Virus record (IMG/VR): IMGVR_UViG_3300045988_090210
DNA from: a virus
Strand: one strand, 5' to 3'
Length of the DNA: 64,000 nt
Below the pieces are notes generated by a model. That model searched no databases, was not told the DNA's origin, and saw nothing but the letters and a program-made list of their open reading frames with translations. A program made the translations under genes and the position numbers. Numbering within the stretch: the stretch's first letter is position 1; each line of letters begins with the position of its first letter. Positions 15,414 through 25,302 of the stretch are shown piece by piece.

Positions 15414-16253
15414 ATGATTGAGAGTTTTGTTAATTATATGAAAGCTGAGAAGATGTCTGAGAATACCATGCGTGGCTACACTAATCACATTAACCAAATG
15501 CTCAAGACCATTAACAAGCCTGAACAGGACATTACCTACCTTGACCTGATTGACTGGAAGGCTGGTATTGCTAATCAGGCCAGTGCAACGGTGGCCAATA
15601 AGGTTGCTGCTGTTCGGTCTTACTTTAAGTTTTTGACTGATGTTGGTGTGGTTGAGACTGACCCAAGCAAGAACCTCAAGCGCCCCAGCAACATCAAGAG
15701 TAAGGAAAAGCCCCGCATGACCGAGGAAGATGCAAGACAGCTTATCTCCTATGCTCGTACCCCTCGTGACAAGGCCATGTTCAGTTTCTTGCTTTCTACT
15801 GGTGTTCGGTTCTGTGAGATGGCCAATATCACCATTGATCAATATAAGAAGGCTATGGAGAACAACCGAGAGATTGAGTTGCCCGTAACCAAGGGTGATA
15901 AGGGCGGCAAGGTTTATATTAATCAGTCTACTGAACAGGCGATTGAGCGGTATTTGCGTCTGCGTGATGATGATTGCCCCTATCTGTTCGCTTCTTTCCA
16001 GAATCATCAACTAAGCGACAATAGCGTGTCTCAGACTATTAAATCTGCTGCTCGTAGGGCTGGATTGAGCTATTGGAATGAGCTTAGTTGCCATGGGTTG
16101 AGAGCCGGTTGTGCAACGATTATGAGTGATAAAGGTGTTCCAGTGGCCACTATTAGTAAGGTCTTACGTCATAGCTCGTTGGCTGTGACTACAAGATATA
16201 TCAAAGCAAATCAGGATAATGTCAATAATGCTACAGCATTGATGGAATTTTAA
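15414..16253 (+). CDS. Tyrosine recombinase (XerC/D-like, comparable to SPbeta YopP)
   Basis: ATG at 15414 follows AAAGGAGG. The N-terminal SAM-like domain reads FVNYMKAEKMSENTMRGY. The catalytic signature is TGVRFCEM, HGLRAGCAT and LRHSSLAVTTRY. Confidence 0.85.
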   Translation: MIESFVNYMKAEKMSENTMRGYTNHINQMLKTINKPEQDITYLDLIDWKAGIANQASATVANKVAAVRSYFKFLTDVGVVETDPSKNLKRPSNIKSKEKPRMTEEDARQLISYARTPRDKAMFSFLLSTGVRFCEMANITIDQYKKAMENNREIELPVTKGDKGGKVYINQSTEQAIERYLRLRDDDCPYLFASFQNHQLSDNSVSQTIKSAARRAGLSYWNELSCHGLRAGCATIMSDKGVPVATISKVLRHSSLAVTTRYIKANQDNVNNATALMEF

Positions 16254-16263
16254 GGAGGTAAGT

Positions 16264-16755
16264 ATGAGTAATTTGGCAAAGGATTGGCAGGAGGGTAGTT
16301 ATACTGTCCGTGTAATGGGTAACTTAGTTGAAGCCTCAAAAGTCTATCAGGACAAGGTTGATGGCCATATTTGTTACAAGAAGAGTTCTGCACAGGCCAA
16401 GTGTGACCCCGAAGATGAGTTCAGTCTAAGCATGGGTGTTGCGTTGGCTATGGATAGATTAAATAAAAATTTAAATCAATATATTAAAGTAGGTGATAAA
16501 GTTAAAATTACTTCTATTAAACAAATTTATCGTACTTATTCTGATTGGGTTGTTGACAATGTAAAAAATAATAAAACCATAGCTGAATTTGCTTATAATA
16601 GCATTCCATGTATTTACGATAATAATAATTATAAAGTTATTGCGATTGCTCCTCATGGAGATAATAAAAATATTACATTAGCTTATATTCAAAATACTAG
16701 CGATTTTACTCATCCTTGTTATCTAATTGACATTAACGGATTGGAGAAGGTGTAA
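16264..16755 (+). CDS. Hypothetical protein
   Basis: ORF with a GGAGG ribosome-binding site. The N-terminal half carries an AKCDPEDEFSLSMGVALAMDRL motif. Confidence 0.55.
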   Translation: MSNLAKDWQEGSYTVRVMGNLVEASKVYQDKVDGHICYKKSSAQAKCDPEDEFSLSMGVALAMDRLNKNLNQYIKVGDKVKITSIKQIYRTYSDWVVDNVKNNKTIAEFAYNSIPCIYDNNNYKVIAIAPHGDNKNITLAYIQNTSDFTHPCYLIDINGLEKV

Positions 16756-17030
16756 TGTATCCAAAAATGATGAGTGAGGTCATCGAGGCCATTGAAACTC
16801 ATTTTTGTGACGAACCTGATGTTATGGTAGACTGTATGCTATACTTAATGAATGCAAGTGCCAGAGTCGAGGATGTGCACAGAATTGAGCAATGGTTTGA
16901 TGATAATGAACGATGCTATGAGTGTGGTACAAAAATCAGATATGAGCAAGTAAAGGAATATCATAGTGAGGTCGATGCTTATGAGACTTTGTATGAGCCT
17001 TACTGCCCACATTGCGATAGAGGTGAATAA
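16755..17030 (+). CDS. Hypothetical zinc-ribbon protein
   Basis: CYECG ... CPHC pairs. Its start and stop are coupled to the neighbouring genes. Confidence 0.5.
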   Translation: MYPKMMSEVIEAIETHFCDEPDVMVDCMLYLMNASARVEDVHRIEQWFDDNERCYECGTKIRYEQVKEYHSEVDAYETLYEPYCPHCDRGE

Positions 17031-17353
17031 TGGATAAGAGAACTCGTGAACGGCTTGAACGTGAAAAGCTAAGACAGATGATTGACAACAATCCTAAGCT
17101 CAAGGCTTTTCTTGATGCAGCCACAGAAGAAACAGGCAATAAAGACCTGAAAGAGTTAATTCAGCCGGTGCTTGCAGATACGTTTGATAAGATTCGTCTA
17201 CAAGGGATTCAAACAGGCTGGTATACTCATTCTTTGAGATGTGTAGATAAGATTAAGGATTGTAAGACAGTTGATGAGGCCATTGAAATCTTAAAGGAAG
17301 ATGTAAAGATGGCTCAAGAAAAACTAGGAATTAAGGAGGATGATGATAGTTAA
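17030..17353 (+). CDS. Hypothetical protein
   Basis: Coupled ATG (TAATG overlap). No recognisable motif. Confidence 0.5.
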   Translation: MDKRTRERLEREKLRQMIDNNPKLKAFLDAATEETGNKDLKELIQPVLADTFDKIRLQGIQTGWYTHSLRCVDKIKDCKTVDEAIEILKEDVKMAQEKLGIKEDDDS

Positions 17354-17440
17354 TACATAATTTTATTAATTTGCATTAATAGGTTAATAACACAGGCCCT
17401 TTCTGTGTTAAAATTATAATAATTTATAGAGGTATGAAAA

Positions 17441-18508
17441 ATGGATATTCTAAACAAGAGTAAGAATTTTTATCGTTGTGTTGGTACGGTCTATGAATTG
17501 GGCCTGAAAAAGGAAGATTGTGAGGTTAAGCTATATACGGATGGCAAGCCTACAGGTGAGAAGGTCAATGCTGAGTGCATCAAGGGCAAGTTTGGTGTTC
17601 GCACTGATGGCGGCATTGTCACCTTTATGATTTACTTTGCATCCAAGGGACTGGATGGTAAGGAATCTCGTCAGTGGAAGATGGCCACTGATATGATGGA
17701 ACTAAACCCTGAAGTTAATGGCGATGGCAACGCCCCTTCTGTTGTTGTGGTTGAAGGCCGTCTTGAGAACAATATGTTTATGAGCCGTGACGGTAAGGAG
17801 GTTAAGGAAGCCCCTCAGTTCCGTGTAAGCAAGGTATCCACTACTGCCTACAAGGAAGGTATGGAATATGGTATTACCGTCAATATGAGCGGTTGCATGA
17901 CCAAGAACGTGCCTGAGACTAAGATGGTTGATGGTGAGGCTGAGGAAACTGGCCGTGGTGTGATGACTGTGTATATGGCCAATGGTAAGGGCGAGGTATT
18001 CCCTGTTACTATTATCGTGCCTGATGACCTTGTGGATGACGTTAATGACGCTGTTGAAGCTGGTTGTACCATTGACGCTACTCTGGACGTAAACACTATT
18101 ACCTTTGGTGGTGTAGCTAAGAAGCATGGTATTGGTCGTGCTGGTAAGATTGATACCTCTAACGTGTCTACCCGCACTGAGTTTGTGCTAGCTGGCATGG
18201 ATATTGTTGAGGAGCCTGATGAGCTATATATCGAGGATGAGGACGGTAAGCAGACCCCTGTTAAGACCCTATGGATGGATAGCTCTGTGGTCAAGAAGGC
18301 CATTAAGATGTATCAGGTTAAGAAGGATGAGTTTGCCAAAAATGGTGGTAACAAGACCACTAAGAGCAATTCCACCCCCAATTTAAAGGATAAGAAGGCC
18401 GAGTATAAGTCTAAGCGTGTTGGTAAGAGGGCTACCAATGAGTTTGATGAATTTGGCGATGATGAGAATCCTTGGGGTGATGATGTTGACCCAAATGATG
18501 AATTTTAA
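17441..18508 (+). CDS. Possible non-canonical single-stranded DNA-binding protein
   Basis: The acidic C-terminal tail ends DENPWGDDVDPNDEF, resembling an SSB-type tip. The gene sits at the head of the replication module. The fold was not verified. Confidence 0.35.
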   Translation: MDILNKSKNFYRCVGTVYELGLKKEDCEVKLYTDGKPTGEKVNAECIKGKFGVRTDGGIVTFMIYFASKGLDGKESRQWKMATDMMELNPEVNGDGNAPSVVVVEGRLENNMFMSRDGKEVKEAPQFRVSKVSTTAYKEGMEYGITVNMSGCMTKNVPETKMVDGEAEETGRGVMTVYMANGKGEVFPVTIIVPDDLVDDVNDAVEAGCTIDATLDVNTITFGGVAKKHGIGRAGKIDTSNVSTRTEFVLAGMDIVEEPDELYIEDEDGKQTPVKTLWMDSSVVKKAIKMYQVKKDEFAKNGGNKTTKSNSTPNLKDKKAEYKSKRVGKRATNEFDEFGDDENPWGDDVDPNDEF

Positions 18509-18594
18509 TGGTACGGGGCTATGTTAAAGGTGCCCAGTGGCACGATGAAAATGGTTGAAACGAAGAAAAAATCACTAAGGCAATAAAGGAAAAG

Positions 18595-19134
18595 ATGGAT
18601 GAATTACACATCCATCATTTTCCTTCACAAGTGGAGTTAAGAAATAATGGTGGTAGTAACTTAGCAAGTGTTATTAACCGTACTGGTGGTTTTTTATATT
18701 GGAAGGACAAAATGGGACTCAGTGAGTCTCCGTGTCATAGTGAAGTCGGTTGGCATGGGGAATCTATTGTGGCTGAAAAATTGACTGAACTTGGTTTTAA
18801 GTTCCAAAAAGAGAGCGTAACTTGTCGTTTTGATTTTACTGTAGGCGATTTTGTACGGGTAGATTCTAAATATGCACACATTTATCACAGCAAGAACGGC
18901 GATTTTTATAGTTTTAATCTTAAAGGTAATTGGCGAGATTGTGATATTTTTATTGGCGTTTGCGAGGACGAAGAACAAAATCGCAAGTTTTACGTTATTC
19001 CTCATGTCGTTGTGTTTAATCAAACTCAAATTTCCCTTGGGATTGAAAACACAAAATGGTCACGATTTGAAAACCGTTTTGATTTAATTGAAAAATATGA
19101 TAAATTTTATAAAAAGATAAAAGAGGAGGAATAA
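18595..19134 (+). CDS. PD-(D/E)xK-like nuclease
   Basis: GESIVAEKLTELGF ... FDF ... RVDSKY arrangement (E, D, D-x-K). Confidence 0.4.
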   Translation: MDELHIHHFPSQVELRNNGGSNLASVINRTGGFLYWKDKMGLSESPCHSEVGWHGESIVAEKLTELGFKFQKESVTCRFDFTVGDFVRVDSKYAHIYHSKNGDFYSFNLKGNWRDCDIFIGVCEDEEQNRKFYVIPHVVVFNQTQISLGIENTKWSRFENRFDLIEKYDKFYKKIKEEE

Positions 19135-19140
19135 AATAAA

Positions 19141-20232
19141 ATGGCACTTGATATTACAAATCTTGAGGAAACTACAATTACCACTGGCCTTGAGGGCAAG
19201 ATTCTGGCTTGGTATGGCACGAACAATGTTGGAAAAAGCCATGTGGCCTCCAAGCTATTTCCCGGTAAGACGCTATGGTTAGCCACAGAAAAGGGCTATA
19301 ACGCCATTTCTGGTATGCGTAAAGTAGATGTTGAGTCTTGGAATGATTTTCGACAGGTTGTGTCTCAGCTTACTGTTAAGAACGAAAAGAAGCGTGAGAA
19401 GGTACGAGCTATGTACCAATGCGTTGTAGTGGATGTTGCTGACCGCCTGCCTAATTTGGCTACTGCTTATATTATCTCCACCTATAACACTCAGAACGCT
19501 GAAAAGTCTGATTTCACCCCCATTACCGAGTTGTCTGGTGTTCCTTATGGTGGTGGTTATGCCATGCTAAACAAGGAGATGGATAGCCAAATCAATAAGC
19601 TGGCACTATCTGGTTACTGTGTTGTTCTAATCTTCCATGATGAAATCCGTAAGGTTAAGGATGGTCGAGAGGAATATGAGTACATTGTACCTAAAAACAC
19701 TTTTAACAAGGCTGGCAACGCCCTAAAGGATATTCCTGACTTTATGATTTATCTTGAGTCTCAGGGCGTTGACGAGGATGGTAAGGCACTGCTGTCTATT
19801 GGCCATTGTGTACAGCATAAAGAGTATTTTGCTCGTAGCCGGTTTACTGAGTGCCCTGAGACAATCAGCCCCTTTACTGCTGACAACCTAAAGGAAACTG
19901 TACGCATTGCGTGTGAGCGTGAGGCTGAAAAGCAAGGTGTATCCACTATCACCTATGCAGAGGAAGAGGCTCAGCGTGAAAAGGAAAAGACTGAAAAGAA
20001 AAAGTCTGCGTCTGAATTGATTGATGAGGTTAAACCCATCTATGGTGCTTTGCGCAAGGCCAAGCTAACCGCAGCAGTTAATAAGATTGTAGGCGATTTT
20101 CTTGGTTATGATGAGAACGATAAGCCCAATAAGATTAGTGAGGCTGATGATTCTCAAGTCGAGGCACTACAATACATTTATGATAAGTTGGTAGACTTGG
20201 CAGAAGAAAAGGATATTAGCTGGGAAGAATAA
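19141..20232 (+). CDS. AAA_24 / Sak4-like ATPase
   Basis: Walker A YGTNNVGKS and Walker B-like CVVVDVAD, plus an acidic C-terminal extension. Confidence 0.55.
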   Translation: MALDITNLEETTITTGLEGKILAWYGTNNVGKSHVASKLFPGKTLWLATEKGYNAISGMRKVDVESWNDFRQVVSQLTVKNEKKREKVRAMYQCVVVDVADRLPNLATAYIISTYNTQNAEKSDFTPITELSGVPYGGGYAMLNKEMDSQINKLALSGYCVVLIFHDEIRKVKDGREEYEYIVPKNTFNKAGNALKDIPDFMIYLESQGVDEDGKALLSIGHCVQHKEYFARSRFTECPETISPFTADNLKETVRIACEREAEKQGVSTITYAEEEAQREKEKTEKKKSASELIDEVKPIYGALRKAKLTAAVNKIVGDFLGYDENDKPNKISEADDSQVEALQYIYDKLVDLAEEKDISWEE

Positions 20233-20242
20233 ACCAAACCAA

Positions 20243-20272
20243 AGACGGCTGGCCAACGCTGGCCGTCTTTTT
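20243..20272 (+). terminator. Rho-independent terminator
   Basis: AGACGGC ... GCCGTCT stem followed by TTTTT. Confidence 0.7.
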
Positions 20273-20286
20273 CAATAGGAGAGTAT

Positions 20287-20664
20287 ATGGCCACCTCTAA
20301 ACTAACAGAACAAGAACAGAAAGACCGCCGTAAAGTTACAGATTTAATTCAATCTATGTGGGGCGAAGATGCCAACTGGAAGTTGCTCACCGCTCAACTC
20401 AAGAACATTATGAAAGAATATGATCTGACACATAAAGATGTGTATTATATTCTTAAATATTGTAAGGATTATGAGCAAGTAATGATTGATGGCGATTATG
20501 GATTGTATCAGTTATTCCCAAAATATATTGATGCCACGCAAATGTTCAGAGATAAATTGGTTGAAGCCAAAGAGAGAGCAGATGAAATAGGTACAATTCT
20601 ACCTATTAAGGTCAAAAAATATCGGCCTCAAAGAAAGATTAAAGATGACTTGACTTTTGATTGA
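20287..20664 (+). CDS. Hypothetical protein
   Basis: ORF with a GGAGAG ribosome-binding site. Confidence 0.5.
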   Translation: MATSKLTEQEQKDRRKVTDLIQSMWGEDANWKLLTAQLKNIMKEYDLTHKDVYYILKYCKDYEQVMIDGDYGLYQLFPKYIDATQMFRDKLVEAKERADEIGTILPIKVKKYRPQRKIKDDLTFD

Positions 20665-20703
20665 GATGGTGGTATGATTAAGATAAAGGAGGGATAATAA
20701 TGT

Positions 20704-22230
20704 ATGTTATACAATTCTAACATGGCCTCACTCTTACTTGGTTGTCTAATGAACAATACCCAACTTCTATTCAATCCATCTTATCCTTTAGCCAAGACCG
20801 ACTTTGACCCTGAGCCTGTACATCGTATCATTTTTATCGCCACTTGTAAGTTGGCTGAAGCTGGGGCTGGTAGCGTTAGTGAGGTCGAGATTGATAATTA
20901 TGTCAAGAACTACCCAGCCCAATACGAAACCCTAAACAATAGCAATTTTCTTGACTTTGTGCCCACTGTAAAAGAGCTATGTTCACCTGAGAGCTTTGAG
21001 CTATATTATACCACCTTGCGTAAGTTCAGCTTATTGCGTGAGCTTAAAGAGGATGGGTATAACATTGCTGATTACTATGATGAAATGCTCGATGAGACAG
21101 AGCAGATGGCCAAGTTAAACAAGTGGACTATTGGCGAGATTCTTACTGACATTGAGTTTAAGTCGGCAAAGCTGAGAACTAAGTATGATGTTAAGTATGT
21201 GCGGAATGAAATCAAAGCTGGTGAGAATGTAGCTGAACGGCTTGAGGCGTTTAAGGAACAGCCGTCATTTGGTGCTTTGTTCCAAAGTGGTTATCTAAGT
21301 ACAATCTGGAATGGATGGTGTAGAGGGCATTTAGGGTTAAGAGGCGGTGGATCTGGCACGGGTAAAAGTCGCCTTGGTGTAGCTGATTTGGCCAAAGTCG
21401 GGGCAAAAGAACTATGGTCAGATGAGGTCGGGGACTTTATTGTTAATGATAATTACCAATCGCCTACTCTATTCATCGCCACAGAGCAAGACATTGAGAC
21501 AGAGGTTGAACCAATGTTCTGGTCTGCTGTGAGTGGGGTTGAGTATAGGTCTATTAAGAATGGCCTATGTACGCCTGATGAAGAAGCCCGTGTTATTAAA
21601 GCTGGTGAGATTATCGCCCAATCCAATCTTCACATTACGTCTATGCCCAACTTTAACACAAAAGCCCTCAAACGTAAAATAAAAGAGATGGTTGAATGTG
21701 AGGGTATTGGGTATTGTGTATTTGACTATATGGAGCAACAGGGCGATATTAGCCAAGAGTATCGTGAGGTTGTAGGTAATGCTGGTAGACAAGACCAAGT
21801 GCTGCTGTATCTGGCCACTGAGTTAAAGACAATGGCTGAAGATATGAATGTGGGTATCTTAACAAGCCAACAACTAAATGATACATGGAAAGCCCTTAGC
21901 TTTGTCGATGAAACAGCTTTGGCTGGTGGTAAATCGACTAAGAACAAAATTGATTTTGGCTCTATTATCATTCCAACATCTTATCTACGTAAAGACATGA
22001 AGCAGATTGAGCCTTATCTAAAGCGTAATGGAGTAGGTAATAACCGTCAACCAATGCCTAATATCTGTGAATTTATCATCAAGTCACGCTATGGTATTTA
22101 TGGCGATAAACGCCTAAAGCTATGGTCATACTTTGACCGTGGCACATTCCAACGCCACGATTATTTTGTCACAGACGATGAAAATAATGTATTGGCCGAC
22201 ATTAGACCAACCGAATTGGAGGATTTTTAA
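20704..22230 (+). CDS. DnaB-like replicative helicase
   Basis: DnaB-type N-terminus (LLGCLMNN) and Walker A GGGSGTGKS. Its size and position match SPbeta YorI. Confidence 0.75.
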   Translation: MLYNSNMASLLLGCLMNNTQLLFNPSYPLAKTDFDPEPVHRIIFIATCKLAEAGAGSVSEVEIDNYVKNYPAQYETLNNSNFLDFVPTVKELCSPESFELYYTTLRKFSLLRELKEDGYNIADYYDEMLDETEQMAKLNKWTIGEILTDIEFKSAKLRTKYDVKYVRNEIKAGENVAERLEAFKEQPSFGALFQSGYLSTIWNGWCRGHLGLRGGGSGTGKSRLGVADLAKVGAKELWSDEVGDFIVNDNYQSPTLFIATEQDIETEVEPMFWSAVSGVEYRSIKNGLCTPDEEARVIKAGEIIAQSNLHITSMPNFNTKALKRKIKEMVECEGIGYCVFDYMEQQGDISQEYREVVGNAGRQDQVLLYLATELKTMAEDMNVGILTSQQLNDTWKALSFVDETALAGGKSTKNKIDFGSIIIPTSYLRKDMKQIEPYLKRNGVGNNRQPMPNICEFIIKSRYGIYGDKRLKLWSYFDRGTFQRHDYFVTDDENNVLADIRPTELEDF

Positions 22231-22481
22231 TGAATGAAAAAAGAAAACATGATCTAACTTATTTATATGCTGCACTTGGGGCAGTTGCCTTTTTTGTAGC
22301 TGGGGTTCCTGCCCTTGACGCTATCGGTGGATGGGTAAGTAACGTGTTTGGTCTGAAGTCGGTTAAATTGAATTACGAAGCATCTAAGTACGCCACTGAA
22401 GAACCTGAAGAGACGCATACTCAAGTTATTGGATTCCAAACAAACAATGAGTGTGAAGATGGGTGCTGTGAAGATGAGTGA
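22230..22481 (+). CDS. Small membrane protein
   Basis: One hydrophobic segment and an acidic, Cys-rich tail. Confidence 0.45.
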   Translation: MNEKRKHDLTYLYAALGAVAFFVAGVPALDAIGGWVSNVFGLKSVKLNYEASKYATEEPEETHTQVIGFQTNNECEDGCCEDE

Positions 22482-22677
22482 AAGAATTAAGTATCTAAAA
22501 GAAAGCCCTTGCTATCAGTGTGGTGTGGCGCAGCAATGTTTAGCTAAGATTACCAGATGTCCAAGGCTGCAAGAAATCAGTGATTATGTAATGCCAAGGG
22601 CAGATTATGATTACCATGATTGTATGCTATACAAGGTGTTGATGATGGAGGCGGAAAATGGGAAGCGGCACAGCTAA
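22474..22677 (+). CDS. Small Cys-containing hypothetical protein
   Basis: ATG at 22474 overlaps the upstream ORF. Confidence 0.4.
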   Translation: MSERIKYLKESPCYQCGVAQQCLAKITRCPRLQEISDYVMPRADYDYHDCMLYKVLMMEAENGKRHS

Positions 22678-24046
22678 ACCTTATGTTAAGTTCTCATCTA
22701 ATGCCTCTGTTGCGGTAGCTGGGTCATCTCATCTTGTGAGATTTCAGCAGTACGGGATTTTGTTAGATTGTGGGCTTTCTCAAGGCCATGATATAGCCAC
22801 AGACTACCAAAACAATAAAGATTTCCTCAAATCTGTTCGTGTGAAAGAAATCCAGTGGGTTATCCTCTCCCATCCCCATGCCGATCATAGCGCCCTTATT
22901 CCAGCTTTATTCGCTAAAGGTTCCCAAGCCCATGTTTTTGTGCCATTAGGGTCTAAGCCAATTTTGAGACTGCTATGGGAAGATAGCCTAAAAATCCATC
23001 AATCTGACTGTATCAAGCTAAACAATAAGCATGGTAAAGGGTACAGCCCATTTTATACTGCTGATGATATTGAAACGGCATTGGATAGATGTATTGAGGT
23101 TGATTATCATCAAAAGACCAACCTAACAAAAAACATTTGGTTTGAATACTATCCTGCTGGCCACATCTTATACTCCGCTCAAGTATATTTGTCTATGACA
23201 CAAGGATATAAAGAATATAGAGTAGGGTTTAGTGGCGATGTAGGTGGTCAAATTGAGCGCCCCTATACAATCCCTTATGAGCCATTGCCCTTTGTAGATA
23301 TGCTTATCCATGAGTGTACTTATTGTCAACCTACCAGACCAAATAGTGTGAAAGATAGGCCCAAGGACATTGAGAAGATTGAGGCTGTGGTTAGAGATAG
23401 CCATAGAATCCTGTTCCCTTGTTTTTCTCTACAACGGACTCAAGAGCTGTTGACAGCGTTATATGAAATGTGGGAAGAGGGGTTGTTACCTGATATTCCT
23501 GTTTATCTTGATAGTCCATTGGCCATTAAGATTAGCAATATTTGGCCTGAGACTGAACAATGGCTAAGAGTAATGAAGTGGCCAAGACTCAAATTTATCA
23601 GTGAGACAACGGATAGTAAGGCGTTGCAGATGTCTAATGAGCATTGTATTATCATCGCTGCGTCAGGGTTTTTGTCCGGGGGGAGGATTTTAAGTCACCT
23701 AACAACGGCTTTACCTAATCCTAATAATACTCTTATGTTCATTGGTTACAGTGGTGAGAACAACCTTGCGTTTAAGATTAAATCTGGTGAGCCATTTGTA
23801 GAGGTTAATGGTGTAGTGCTTGAGAACAAGGCTAAGATTGTTGAGTTAAGATCTTGGTCAAGCCATGCAAGCTATGAAGAACTAATGGATTACTTGACTA
23901 CTCTACGGTATAATAAGGTATGTCTCGTGCATGGTGATATGGATGGTAAAGTGTCCTTTGCTAAGACACTTAAAGAAAAGTTGGTAGAGCAAGGCAAATC
24001 CAGCCGTGTTGTAGCTGTAAATCAAGACTCAAAACTATATATTTAA
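22658..24046 (+). CDS. Metallo-beta-lactamase / beta-CASP family nuclease
   Basis: ILSHPHADHSALIP (HxHxDH) motif, later conserved D/H motifs, and a size typical of beta-CASP enzymes. Confidence 0.75.
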   Translation: MGSGTAKPYVKFSSNASVAVAGSSHLVRFQQYGILLDCGLSQGHDIATDYQNNKDFLKSVRVKEIQWVILSHPHADHSALIPALFAKGSQAHVFVPLGSKPILRLLWEDSLKIHQSDCIKLNNKHGKGYSPFYTADDIETALDRCIEVDYHQKTNLTKNIWFEYYPAGHILYSAQVYLSMTQGYKEYRVGFSGDVGGQIERPYTIPYEPLPFVDMLIHECTYCQPTRPNSVKDRPKDIEKIEAVVRDSHRILFPCFSLQRTQELLTALYEMWEEGLLPDIPVYLDSPLAIKISNIWPETEQWLRVMKWPRLKFISETTDSKALQMSNEHCIIIAASGFLSGGRILSHLTTALPNPNNTLMFIGYSGENNLAFKIKSGEPFVEVNGVVLENKAKIVELRSWSSHASYEELMDYLTTLRYNKVCLVHGDMDGKVSFAKTLKEKLVEQGKSSRVVAVNQDSKLYI

Positions 24047-24049
24047 TCC

Positions 24050-24106
24050 TTGACAAGCCGCCTCCTTTGTGATATAATTCAAGTATCTTAGAAAAGGAGG
24101 CGGCTT
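24050..24106 (+). promoter_or_regulatory. Promoter nested inside a 13-bp inverted repeat whose 3' arm contains the ribosome-binding site
   Basis: TTGACA at 24050-24055 and TGaTATAAT ending at 24078. AAGCCGCCTCCTT at 24055-24067 pairs perfectly with AAGGAGGCGGCTT at 24094-24106. Confidence 0.6.
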
Positions 24107-24109
24107 ATT

Positions 24110-24373
24110 ATGGTAAAATTCTATCTTGGTCAAATGGTTAAGTATGTGGGGAGAGAGGGTTTTTGGAGTCCACCTGTGGGCACTGTTGGTACAGTAATTA
24201 AAATCAACCATTGGGATACTAATTTTCTTGTAGATTTCCCAAAAGAATCTATCGTTTCTATTGATCAGCTTCCTGATAATAGTTATTTCTGGTTTAGTGA
24301 AGACGAGCTTGAACCGGCCAATAGCCAAGATATGATTAAAAAAGTCAAAGTCCGCTGTATTAAACGGAATTAA
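24110..24373 (+). CDS. Hypothetical protein
   Basis: ATG follows AAGGAGG. Confidence 0.5.
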   Translation: MVKFYLGQMVKYVGREGFWSPPVGTVGTVIKINHWDTNFLVDFPKESIVSIDQLPDNSYFWFSEDELEPANSQDMIKKVKVRCIKRN

Positions 24374-24387
24374 GGGTGGACGAGAGT

Positions 24388-24639
24388 ATGATGTTTAACA
24401 TAAATAGTCTGTTTGATACAACAGATTATCTTGTAGAGATTTATGAGGGCAACGCTCTTGTCCAGCGTCAACGAATGTCTATGCCAGAACAGATGGCGCA
24501 AGGCCAGTTTATGCAGTTGTGTCAGCAACTTAAAGAGACAGGTCGACCAATGAAGGTTAAGATGATTAGGTATCAAGAGATTGAAGGGCGCAATACACCC
24601 ATTGAGTGCTCAATAGAATATCAGACATGGAGGGATTGA
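24388..24639 (+). CDS. Hypothetical protein
   Basis: ATG at 24388. Confidence 0.45.
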   Translation: MMFNINSLFDTTDYLVEIYEGNALVQRQRMSMPEQMAQGQFMQLCQQLKETGRPMKVKMIRYQEIEGRNTPIECSIEYQTWRD

Positions 24640-24640
24640 T

Positions 24641-24835
24641 ATGGGCGAGATTATTGCTTTTTTGGTGTATGTACTATTAGGTATTTGTTTAGCTAACACT
24701 GTAATTGGCAATAGCGGTCATAAGATGGATGAGTTTGAAGAGCTTGTTGCAATCGTTATGTTGGCTACATTTTGGCCTGTTGCTTTAGTTGCTTTGATGG
24801 TTATTACCTTAGATAACTGGTTGAATGAGAGATAA
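24641..24835 (+). CDS. Small membrane protein (two predicted transmembrane segments)
   Basis: Two hydrophobic segments. Confidence 0.5.
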   Translation: MGEIIAFLVYVLLGICLANTVIGNSGHKMDEFEELVAIVMLATFWPVALVALMVITLDNWLNER

Positions 24836-24851
24836 GTAAAGGAGAAAGAAA

Positions 24852-25025
24852 ATGTTTGAGGTTGTATTAACTGGATTGTTATTGGTTCTAGCCTTTGTTA
24901 ATCTGTGGACGGCTAAGACCGCTTATAAAGACAAGCGATATAGCTCTGCTTGTGTAGGTTGTTTTGTGAGTGGGATTTGTTTCTCCGGGGTTGTGTTTGA
25001 TGTGTTACATTTGATTGGAGGGTAA
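24852..25025 (+). CDS. Small membrane protein (57 aa)
   Basis: A GGAGAAAG ribosome-binding site is followed by MFEVVLTGLLLVLAFVNLW... It falls below the track cut-off. Confidence 0.45.
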   Translation: MFEVVLTGLLLVLAFVNLWTAKTAYKDKRYSSACVGCFVSGICFSGVVFDVLHLIGG

Positions 25026-25026
25026 T

Positions 25027-25302
25027 ATGGTATACGCAGATTACGCCTCTACTTGTCCTGTAGTTAAGTATCCTCAACAGCTATATCGTAATGTGTTGGG
25101 CGAAGGCTATTTCTTTAACCCCAACGCTAATTATGCTTACAAGGAAAAGCGCCTACTATCTGAAGCAGAAAACAGAGTAAAAAAGGCTATCGGGGCTAAA
25201 GAAGGCAAGGTTGTTTTTGGTGGAACAAGTAGTCAGTTGATTGAGAATTTGATGGCGGCTGTTATTTGTGAACAAATTATAAACAATAAAGAACCTACTT
25301 GA
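25027..25302 (+). CDS. Class V aminotransferase / NifS-IscS-like cysteine desulfurase, N-terminal fragment
   Basis: VYADYASTCPV ... FNPNANYAY ... VVFGGTSSQLIENLMAAV is collinear with the N-terminus of IscS/NifS. The reading frame then ends. Confidence 0.65.
   Translation: MVYADYASTCPVVKYPQQLYRNVLGEGYFFNPNANYAYKEKRLLSEAENRVKKAIGAKEGKVVFGGTSSQLIENLMAAVICEQIINNKEPT

Noticed and set aside
14754-15414. The tRNA plus adjacent recombinase could be read as a simple attP site.
   Set aside because: The tRNA is complete, has its own promoter and an encoded CCA end, so it looks like an expressed phage tRNA rather than an att fragment. An attP core somewhere in 14830-15355 cannot be excluded without the host sequence, and this is noted as an alternative in the finding.
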